A stretch of 64,000 bases of DNA from Nemertoderma westbladi (Eukaryota; Animalia; Xenacoelomorpha), in contig JAUCBJ010000359.1 in NCBI GenBank assembly GCA_032718475.1, forward strand, positions 23,004 to 87,003, in the 5' to 3' direction. Within the stretch, counting starts at the first letter, position 1. Every line of letters starts with the position of its first letter. Position numbers and translations under genes: made by a program. Shown piece by piece: positions 52,962 to 64,000 of this stretch. The notes under the pieces are model-generated. The model was not told the DNA's origin. It did no database searches and was given only the letters and a program-made list of their open reading frames with translations.

Positions 52962-55900
52962 AAAATATTAGTAAAATAGAGAACGCTACCTATAATGGGA
53001 AAATATTAGTAAAATAGTGAATGCTACCTATAAGGCAAAATATTAGTAAAATAGTGAACGCTACCTATAATGGGAAAATATTAGTAAAATAGTGAACGCT
53101 ACCTATAAGGCAAAATATTAGTAAAATAGAGAACGCTACCTGTAATGGCAAAATATTAGTAAAATAGAGAACGCTACCTATAATGGCAAAATAATAGTAA
53201 AAAAGAACAGAAAATATAAAATATTTGTAAAATAGAGAACGCTACCTGTAATGGCAAAATATTAGTAAAATAGAGAACACTACCTATAATGGGAAAATAT
53301 TAGTAAAATAGAGAACGCTACCTGTAATGGCAAAATATTAGTAAAATAGAGAATGCTACCTATAATGGGAAAATATTAGTAAAATAGAGAACGCTACCTG
53401 TAATGGCAAAATATTAGTAAAATAGAGAACGCTACCTGTAATGGCAAAATATTAGTAAAATAGAGAACGCTACCTGTAATGGCAAAATATTAGTAAAATA
53501 GAGAACGCTACCTATAATGGCAAAATATTAGTAAAATAGAAAATGCTACCTGTAATGGCAAAATATTAGTAAAATAGAGAACGCTACCTATAATGGGAAA
53601 ATATTAGTAAAATAGAGAACGATACCTATAAGCCAAAATATTAGAAAAATAGAGAACGCTACCTATAATGGGAAAATATTAGTAAAATAGAGAACGATAC
53701 CTATAAGCCAAAATATTAGAAAAATAGAGAACGCTACCTATAATGGGAAAATATTAGTAAAATAGAGAATGCTACCTATAAGGCAAAATATTAGTAAAAT
53801 AGAGAACGCTACCTATAAGGCAAAATATTAGTAAAATAGAGAACGCTACCTATAATGGGAAAATATTAGTAAAATAGAGAACGATACCTATAAGCCAAAA
53901 TATTAGTAAAATAGAGAACGCTACCTATAATGGCAAAATATTAGTAAAATAGAGAACGCTACCTATAAGGCAAAATATTAGTAAAATAGAGAACGCTACC
54001 TGTAATGGCAAAATATTAGTAAAATAGAGAACGCTACCTAAAATGGCAAAATATTAGTAAAATAGAGAACGCTACCTGTAATGGGAAAATATTAGTAAAA
54101 TAGAGAACGCTACCTATAAAGGCAAAATATTAGTAAAATAGAGAAAGCTACCTATAATGGCAAAATATTAGTAAAATAGAGAACGCTACCTATAATGGGA
54201 AAATATTAGTAAAATAGAGAACGCTACCTATAATGGGAAAATATTAGTAAAATAGAGAATGCTACCTATAATGGGAAAATATTAGTAAAATAGAGAAAGC
54301 TACCTATAATGGGAAAATATTAGTAAAATAGAGAACGCTACCTATAATGGGAAAATATTAGTAAAATAGAGAACGCTACCTATAATGGCAAAATATTAGT
54401 AAAATAGAGAACGCTACCTGTAATGGCAAAATATTAGTAAAATAGAGAACGCTACCTATAAGGCAAAATATTAGTAAAATAGAGAACGCTACCTATAATG
54501 GGAAAATATTAGTAAAATAGAGAACGCTACCTATAATGGGAAAATATTAGTAAAATAGAGAACACTACATATAAGGCAAAATATTACTAAAATAGAGAAC
54601 GCTACCTATAATGGGAAAATATTAGTAAAATAGTGAACGCTACCTATAATGGGAAAATATTAGTAAAATAGTGAACGCTACCTGTAATGGCAAAATATTA
54701 GTAAAATAGAGAACGCTACCTATAATGGCAAAATATTAGTAAAATAGAGAACGCTACCTGTAATGGCAAAATATTAGTAAAATAGAGAACGCTACCTATA
54801 ATGGGAAAATATTAGTAAAATAGAGAACGCTACCTATAAGGCAAAATATTACTAAAATAGAGAACGCTACCTATAATGGGAAAATATTAGTAAAATAGTG
54901 AACGCTACCTATAATGGGAAAATGTTAGTAAAATAGTGAACGCTACCTGTAATGGCAAAATATTAGTAAAATAGAGAACGCTACCTGTAATGGCAAAATA
55001 TTAGTAAAATAGAGAACGCTACCTAGAATGGGAAAATATTAGTAAAATAGTGAACGCTACCTATAATGGCAAAATATTAGTAAAATAGAGAACGCTACCT
55101 ATAATGGCAAAATATTAGTAAAATAGAGAACGCTACCTGTAATGGCAAAATATTAGTAAAATAGAGAACGCTACCTATAATGGGAAAATATTAGTAAAAT
55201 AGAGAACACTACCTATAAGGCAAAATATTACTAAAATAGAGAACGCTACCTATAATGGGAAAATATTAGTAAAATAGTGAACGCTACCTATAATGGTGAA
55301 ATATTAGTAAAATAGAGAACGCTACCTATAATGGGAAAATATTAGTAAAATAGAGAACGCTACCTGTAATGGCAAAATATTAGTAAAATAGAGAATGCTA
55401 CCTATAATGGCAAAATATTAGTAAAATAGAGAACGCTACCTATAAGGCAAAATATTAGTAAAATAGAGAACGCTACCTGTAATGGCAAAATAATAGTAAA
55501 ATAGAGAACGCTACCTATAATGGCAAAATATTAGTAAAATAGAGAACGCTACCTGTAATGGCCAAATATTAGTAAAATAGAGAACGCTACCTGTAATGGC
55601 CAAATATTAGTAAAATAGAGAACGCTACCTGTAATGGGAAAATATTAGTAAAATAGAGAACGCTACCTGTAATGGCAAAATATTAGTAAAATAGAGAACG
55701 CTATATAATGGTGAAATATTAGTAAAATAGAGAACGCTACCTATAATGGGAAAATATTAGTAAAATAGAGAACGCTACCTGTAATGGCAAAATATTAGTA
55801 AAATAGAGAATGCTACCTATAATGGCAAAATATTAGTAAAATAGAGAACGCTACCTGTAATGGCCAAATATTAGTAAAATAGAGAACGCTACCTATAAAT

Positions 55901-58900
55901 GGCAAAATATTAGTAAAATAGAGAACGCTACCTATAATGGCAAAATATTAGTAAAATAGAGAACGCTACCTATAATGGCAAAATATTAGTAAAATAGAGA
56001 ACGCTACCTATAATGGGAAAATATTAGTAAAATAGAGAATGCTACCTGTAATGGCAAAATATTAGTAAAATAGAGAACGCTACCTATAATGGCAAAATAT
56101 TAGTAAAATAGAGAACGCTACCTGTAATGGCCAAATATTAGTAAAATAGAGAACGCTACCTGTAATGGCCAAATATTAGTAAAATAGAGAACGCTACCTG
56201 TAATGGGAAAATATTAGTAAAATAGAGAACGCTACCTGTAATGGCAAAATATTAGTAAAATAGAGAACGCTATATAATGGTGAAATATTAGTAAAATAGA
56301 GAACGCTACCTATAATGGGAAAATATTAGTAAAATAGAGAACGCTACCTGTAATGGCAAAATATTAGTAAAATAGAGAATGCTACCTATAATGGCAAAAT
56401 ATTAGTAAAATAGAGAACGCTACCTGTAATGGCAAAATATTAGTAAAATAGAGAACGCTACCTATAAGGCAAAATATTAGTAAAATAGAGAACGCTACCT
56501 ATAATGGGAAAATATTAGTAAAATAGAGAACGCTACCTATAATGGGAAAATATTAGTAAAATAGAGAACACTACATATAAGGCAAAATATTACTAAAATA
56601 GAGAACGCTACCTATAATGGGAAAATATTAGTAAAATAGTGAACGCTACCTATAATGGGAAAATATTAGTAAAATAGTGAACGCTACCTGTAATGGCAAA
56701 ATATTAGTAAAATAGAGAACGCTACCTATAATGGCAAAATATTAGTAAAATAGAGAACGCTACCTGTAATGGCAAAATATTAGTAAAATAGAGAACGCTA
56801 CCTATAATGGGAAAATATTATTAAAATAGAGAACGCTACCTATAAGGCAAAATATTACTAAAATAGAGAACGCTACCTATAATGGGAAAATATTAGTAAA
56901 ATAGAGAACACTATATAATGGCAAAATATTAGTAAAATAGAGAACGCTACCTATAATGGGAAAATATTAGTAAAATAGAGAACACTATATAATGGCAAAA
57001 TATTAGTAAAATAGAGAATGCTACCTATAATGGCAAAATATTAGTAAAATAGAGAACGCTACCTATAAGGCAAAATATTAGTAAAATAGAGAACGCTACC
57101 TATAATGGGAAAATATTAGTAAAATAGAGAACGCTACCTATAAGGCAAAATATTAGTAAAATAGAGAACGCTACCTATAATGGGAAAATATTAGTAAATA
57201 GAGAACGCTACCTATAATGGCAAAATATTAGTAAAATAGAGAACGCTACCTATAAGGCAAAATATTACTAAAATAGAACAGAAAACATAAAATATTTGTA
57301 AAATAGAGAACGCTACCTATAATGGGAAAATATTAGTAAAATAGAGAACGCTACCTACCTATAAGGCAAAATATTAGTAAAATAGAGAACGCTACCTATA
57401 ATGGGAAAATATTAGTAAAATAGAGAATGCTACCTATAAGGCAAAATATTAGTAAAATAGAGAACGCTACCTATAATGGGAAAATATTAGTAAAATAGAG
57501 AACACTATATAATGGCAAAATATTAGTAAAATAGAGAACGCTACCTATAAGGGGAAAATATTAGTAAAATAGAGAACGCTACCTATAATGGGAAAATATT
57601 AGTAAAATAGAGAACGCTACCTATAAGGCAAAACATTAGTAAAATAGAGAACGCTACCTAAAAGGGAAAATATTAGTAAAATAGAGAACGCTACCTGTAA
57701 TGGCAAAATATTAGTAAAATAGAGAATGCTACCTATAATGGCAAAATATTAGTAAAATAGAGAACGCTATATAATGGCAAAATATTAGTAAAATAGAGAA
57801 CGCTACCTATAATGGGAAAATATTAGTAAAATAGAGAATGCTACCTATAATGGCAAAATATTAGTAAAATAGAGAACGCTATATAATGGCAAAATATTAG
57901 TAAAATAGAGAACGCTACCTATAATGGGAAAATATTAGTAAAATAGAGAACGCTACCTATAAGGCAAAATATTACTAAAATAGAGAACGCTACCTATAAT
58001 GGGAAAATATTAGTAAAATAGTGAACGCTACCTATAATGGGAAAATATTAGTAAAATAGTGAACGCTACCTATAATGGGAAAATATTAGTAAAATAGTGA
58101 ACGCTTCCTATAATGGGAAAATATTAGTAAAATAGTGAACGCTACCTGTAATGGCAAAATATTAGTAAAATAGAGAACACTACCTGTAATGGCAAAATAT
58201 TAGTAAAATAGAGAACGCTACCTATAATGGGAAAATATTAGTAAAATAGAGAACGCTACCTATAAGGCAAAATATTACTAAAATAGAGAACGCTATATAA
58301 TGGGAAAATATTAGTAAAATAGAGAATGCTACCTATAATGGGAAAATATTAGTAAAATAGAGAACGCTACCTATAAGGCAAAATATTACTAAAATAGAGA
58401 ACGCTACCTATAATGGGAAAATATTAGTAAAATAGTGAACGCTACCTATAATGGGAAAATATTATTAAAATAGTGAACGCTACCTGTAATGGCAAAATAT
58501 TAGTAAAATAGAGAACGCTACCTATAATGGGAAAATACTAGTAAAATAGAGAACGCTACCTATAAGGCAAAATATTACTAAAATAGAGAACGCTATATAA
58601 TGGGAAAATATTAGTAAAATAGTGAACGCAACCTATAATGGCAAAATATTAGTAAAATAGAGAACGCTACCTATAAGGCAAAATATTATTAAAATAGTGA
58701 ACGCTACCTGTAATGGCCAAATATTAGTAAAATAGAGAACGCTACCTATAATGGCAAAATATTAGTAAAATAGAGAACGCTACCTATAAGGCAAAATATT
58801 AGTAAAATAGAGAACGCTACCTGTAATGGCAAAATATTAGTAAAATAGAGAACGCTACCTATAATGGGAAAATATTAGTAAAATAGAGAACGCTACCTAT

Positions 58901-60778
58901 AAGGCAAAATATTACTAAAATAGAGAACGCTATATAATGGGAAAATATTAGTAAAATAGTGAACGCTACCTATAATGGGAAAATATTAGTAAAATAGTGA
59001 ACGCTACCTATAAGGCAAAATATTAGTAAAATAGAGAACGCTACCTGTAATGGCAAAATATTAGTAAAATAGAGAACGCTACCTATAATGGCAAAATAAT
59101 AGTAAAAAAGAACAGAAAATATAAAATATTTGTAAAATAGAGAACGCTACCTGTAATGGCAAAATATTAGTAAAATAGAGAACGCTACCTATAATGGGAA
59201 AATATTAGTAAAATAGAGAACGCTACCTGTAATGGCAAAATATTAGTAAAATAGAGAATGCTACCTATAATGGGAAAATATTAGTAAAATAGAGAACGCT
59301 ACCTGTAATGGCAAAATATTAGTAAAATAGAGAACGCTACCTGTAATGGCAAAATATTAGTAAAATAGAGAACGCTACCTGTAATGGCAAAATATTAGTA
59401 AAATAGAGAACGCTACCTATAATGGCAAAATATTAGTAAAATAGAAAATGCTACCTGTAATGGCAAAATATTAGTAAAATAGAGAACGCTACCTATAATG
59501 GGAAAATATTAGTAAAATAGAGAACGATACCTATAAGCCAAAATATTAGAAAAATAGAGAACGCTACCTATAATGGGAAAATATTAGTAAAATAGAGAAT
59601 GCTACCTATAAGGCAAAATATTAGTAAAATAGAGAACGCTACCTATAAGGCAAAATATTAGTAAAATAGAGAACGCTACCTATAATGGGAAAATATTAGT
59701 AAAATAGTGAACGCTACCTATAATGGGAAAATATTAGTAAAATAGTGAACGCTACCTGTAATGGCAAAATATTAGTAAAATAGAGAACGCTACCTATAAT
59801 GGCAAAATATTAGTAAAATAGAGAACGCTACCTGTAATGGCAAAATATTAGTAAAATAGAGAACGCTACCTATAATGGGAAAATATTAGTAAAATAGAGA
59901 ACGCTACCTATAAGGCAAAATATTACTAAAATAGAGAACGCTACCTATAATGGGAAAATATTAGTAAAATAGAGAACGCTACCTATAATGGGAAAATATT
60001 AGTAAAATAGAGAACGCTACCTGTAATGGCAAAATATTAGTAAAATAGAGAATGCTACCTATAATGGCAAAATATTAGTAAAATAGAGAACGCTACCTGT
60101 AATGGCAAAATATTAGTAAAATAGAGAACGCTACCTATAAGGCAAAATATTACTAAAATAGAGAACGCTACCTATAATGGGAAAATATTAGTAAAATAGT
60201 GAACGCTACCTATAATGGGAAAATATTAGTAAAATAGTGAACGCTACCTGTAATGGCAAAATATTAGTAAAATAGAGAACGCTACCTATAATGGCAAAAT
60301 ATTAGTAAAATAGAGAACGCTACCTGTAATGGCAAAATATTAGTAAAATAGAGAACGCTACCTATAATGGGAAAATATTAGTAAAATAGAGAACGCTACC
60401 TATAAGGCAAAATATTACTAAAATAGAGAACGCTACCTATAATGGGAAAATATTAGTAAAATAGAGAACACTACCTATAATGGGAAAATATTAGTAAAAT
60501 AGTGAACGCTACCTATAATGGCAAAATATTAGTAAAATAGAGAACACTATATAATGGCAAAATATTAGTAAAATAGAGAACGCTACCTATAATGGCAAAA
60601 TATTAGTAAAATAGAGAACGCTACCTATAATGGGAAAATATTAGTAAAATAGAGAACACTATATAATGGCAAAATATTAGTAAAATAGAGAATGCTACCT
60701 ATAATGGCAAAATATTAGTAAAATAGAGAACGCTACCTATAAGGCAAAATATTAGTAAAATAGAGAACGCTACCTATA
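52962..60778 (+). repeat. 38-bp satellite segment between LINE B and LINE C
   Basis: Same monomer with local variants (GATACCTATAAGCC, GGCCAAAT, GGTGAAAT, ACACTACATA). Confidence 0.98.
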
Positions 60779-62305
60779 TGTTAAACCTTTCCGTGACGAG
60801 TCTATCTTTTGGCATAGTGTCTGGGTGTCTGCTGGGTGTCCGAATGTTTCTCAAAATGCACATCTATTTCATATGCGTAGAGTTACAAGGGCTCAGTTTA
60901 AATATGCTGTGCGACGGTTGAAACGCGCTTCTGATAACATTCAGCGAGACAAATTACTGCAAGCCTGTTTGAGAAACAATCAACAGATATTCGAGGAGAT
61001 TAAGAAGCTGCGTCGGGTGTCGCCTGTAGTTAGTTCTAGAATAGATGACTGTGTTGACTCACAGTCAATAGCTGATCGCTTTGCTTCAATTTACTCCACA
61101 TTGTTTAATCAACCTTATAACTCAAATTTGGAAGGTTTACGGCAGCAGATTCATGAGAAATTGGACAGTTGTGATAGGGATGCATTGCGGCTTATAACTT
61201 CAGAGCTAGTTTGGGAGGCTATGAATAAGCTTAAAAGTTCTAAGTCAGATGTAGCCTTTGGATTTGATTCGGACTGCTTAATCAATGCGGGCCCGGAATT
61301 TAGAGAGCAATTAGTTAGGTTATTTAACTTGTTTCTTGTTCATGGTTTTGTACCTCAATTTCTTCTGACTTGCGTTATATTACCTTTAATTAAAGATAAG
61401 CTGGGTGATCAAGCCGTCTCTAGTAACTACCGTGCAATAGCTTTGTCATCATTGTTAATCAAACTATTTGAATGGGTAATGTTGCTGTCACAATCTGAAT
61501 GCCTTTCATTGGATGAGCTGCAGTTCGGTTTTCAGTCTGGTACGGGGACAAGCCAGTGCTCGTGGGTGGCCTCAGAGGTGATTGGTCATTACTCCAGGTA
61601 CAATACACCAGTATATGGGAGTCTACTTGACCTCACAAAGGCATTCGATATGGTCGAGTGGTGTAAACTATTCTTGGAACTGATCAAAAAGGGTTTCTCT
61701 CCGTTATTCCTACGTACCCTACTGTGGATATATTCCAATCAATCCTGTTGTGTCCGTTGGAATGAAACTTTATCGTCTCCTTTCGGTATTTCTAATGGTG
61801 TAAAACAGGGATCTGTGGCCTCGCCAATTCTGTTTTGCATTCTTCTCAACTCGCTCCTTGTGCGTCTGCGAGAGGCAGGTGTAGGATGCTGGATAGGCAC
61901 ATATTTCTTGGGTGCACTAGCATACGCGGATTATATTTTCTTGTTGTGCCCATCTCTGTGCGGCCTTCACTTTATGGTTTCATTATGCGAAAGATTTGCA
62001 CAAGATAATGATTTAGTTTTCAGTACAAATGTAACTCCAGAGAAGTCTAAATCGAAATGTATTGCATTTAGCAACTCGACGCGTTGGAGGGAACCTGCTG
62101 CCAGAATACATTTAAATGGTCACGATTTGCCATGGGTTCGTGAGGCAGTTCATTTGGGGCATGTTTTTGATTTTCGCAATAGTATGGTGTCTGATGTACT
62201 GAAAAAACGCGGCCAATTAATAGGTAAATTAAATGCACTAAGACAAGAGTTTTATTTTTCTGATCCTTATTTATTGTGCGATATCCAGCGGATTTACGCA
62301 ACTTG
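60779..62305 (+). mobile_element. LINE C: internal ORF2 fragment of an RTEX-like element related to but diverged from LINE A; both ends missing
   Basis: Starts at VKPFRDESIFWHSVWVSAGCP (cf. A: VRDFKIDAMFWHDVWSAAGKP) and ends at DIQRIYATC, abutting satellite. No 3' UTR or tail. Confidence 0.92.
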
Positions 62306-62309
62306 TTAG
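60780..62309 (+). pseudogene. Partial reverse transcriptase of LINE C with catalytic YADD changed to YADY
   Basis: Motifs NYRAIA, QFGF, LDLTKAFD, GVKQG, AYADYIF. Stop codon TAG is supplied by the satellite junction. No true start codon and no endonuclease. Confidence 0.9.
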
Positions 62310-63605
62310 TAAAATAGAGAACGCTACCTATAATGGGAAAATATTAGTAAAATAGAGAACGCTACCTATAAGGCAAAATATTACTAAAATAGAGAACGCT
62401 ACCTATAATGGGAAAATATTAGTAAAATAGTGAACGCTACCTATAATGGGAAAATACTAGTAAAATAGAGAACGCTACCTATAAGGCAAAATATTACTAA
62501 AATAGAGAACGCTATATAATGGGAAAATATTAGTAAAATAGTGAACGCTACCTATAATGGGAAAATATTAGTAAAATAGAGAATGCTACCTATAATGGGA
62601 AAATATTAGTAAAATAGAGAAAGCTACCTATAATGGAAAAATATTAGTAAAATAGAGAACGCTACCTATAATGGGAAAATATTAGTAAAATAGAGAACGC
62701 TACCTATAATGGCAAAATATTAGTAAAATAGAGAACGCTACCTGTAATGGCAAAATATTAGTAAAATAGAGAACGCTACCTATAAGGCAAAATATTAGTA
62801 AAATAGAGAACGCTACCTATAATGGGAAAATATTAGTAAAATAGAGAACGCTACCTATAATGGGAAAATATTAGTAAAATAGAGAACACTACATATAAGG
62901 CAAAATATTACTAAAATAGAGAACGCTACCTATAATGGGAAAATATTAGTAAAATAGTGAACGCTACCTATAATGGGAAAATATTAGTAAAATAGTGAAC
63001 GCTACCTATAATGGCAAAATATTAGTAAAATAGAGAACGCTACCTATAATGGCAAAATATTAGTAAAATAGAGAACGCTACCTGTAATGGCAAAATATTA
63101 GTAAAATAGAGAACGCTACCTATAATGGGAAAATATTAGTAAAATAGAGAACGCTACCTATAAGGCAAAATATTACTAAAATAGAGAACGCTACCTATAA
63201 TGGGAAAATATTAGTAAAATAGTGAACGCTACCTATAATGGGAAAATGTTAGTAAAATAGAGAACGCTACCTATAATGGCAAAATATTAGTAAAATAGAG
63301 AACGCTACCTGTAATGGCAAAATATTAGTAAAATAGAGAACGCTACCTAGAATGGGAAAATATTAGTAAAATAGTGAACGCTACCTATAATGGCAAAATA
63401 TTAGTAAAATAGAGAACGCTACCTATAATGGCAAAATATTAGTAAAATAGAGAACGCTACCTGTAATGGCAAAATATTAGTAAAATAGAGAACGCTACCT
63501 ATAATGGGAAAATATTAGTAAAATAGAGAACGCTACCTATAAGGCAAAATATTACTAAAATAGAGAACGCTACCTATAATAGGAAAATATTAGTAAAATA
63601 GTGAA
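62306..63605 (+). repeat. 38-bp satellite segment
   Basis: Same monomer, + orientation. Confidence 0.98.
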
Positions 63606-64000
63606 TATTTACTAATATTTTCCCATTATAGGTAGCGTTCACTATTTTACTAATATTTTCCCATTATAGGTAGCGTTCTCTATTTTAGTAATATTTTGCC
63701 TTATATGTAGTGTTCTCTATTTTACTAATATTTTCCCATTATAGGTAGCGTTCTCTATTTTACTAATATTTTCCCATTATAGGTAGCGTTCACTATTTTA
63801 CTAATATTTTCCCATTCTAGGTAGCGTTCTCTATTTTACTAATATTTTGCCATTACAGGTAGCGTTCTCTATTTTACTAATATTTTGCCATTATAGGTAG
63901 CGTTCTCTATTTTACTAATATTTTCCCATTATAGGTAGCGTTCTCTATTTTACTAATATTTTCCCATTATAGGTAGCTTTCTCTATTTTACTAATATTTT
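63606..64000 (-). repeat. 38-bp satellite in inverted orientation
   Basis: TATTTTACTAATATTTTCCCATTATAGGTAGCGTTCTC is the reverse complement of the monomer and runs to the window end. Confidence 0.98.

Noticed and set aside
52955-52965. A11 as the poly(A) tail of a plus-strand element
   Set aside because: All coding motifs of LINE B are on the minus strand, and its real tail and AATAAA are at 46912-46947.
62068-62301. 77-aa minus-strand ORF
   Set aside because: Antisense shadow of the LINE C RT fragment.
60779-62305. LINE C as a segmental duplicate of LINE A
   Set aside because: The proteins are alignable but differ at many residues with indels, far beyond the divergence of surrounding satellite duplications.

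Overview
Eukaryotic, heterochromatin-like window with no host genes. About 51 kb of the 64 kb is an AT-rich tandem satellite. Its consensus monomer is 38 bp (AAAATATTAGTAAAATAGAGAACGCTACCTATAATGGC), with 36, 37 and 67 bp derivatives, kilobase-scale duplications, zoned variants and a strand inversion at ~63,605. Three non-LTR retrotransposons interrupt the array between 40 and 62.3 kb. (A) 40342-45376 (+) is a near full-length two-ORF APE-RT LINE, RTEX-like, with a damaged ORF2 and an (AAATAAAC)n tail. (B) 46912-~52961 (-) is a 5'-truncated CR1/L2-group LINE with an SGNH-esterase-like ORF1. Its ORF2 places a ~340-aa highly hydrophobic, multi-pass-membrane-like region and a 2A-like GDIHLNPGP motif ahead of APE and RT, and it is split by an 837-bp TIR element with an ATTT target duplication (Sola1-like MITE). 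(C) 60779-62305 (+) is a doubly truncated, diverged relative of A whose 5' junction lies at the same position in the monomer as A's. The best leads are the membrane-protein/2A/APE-RT architecture of B and possible satellite targeting by the A/C lineage. Clade names come from motif recognition by eye, not database searches.
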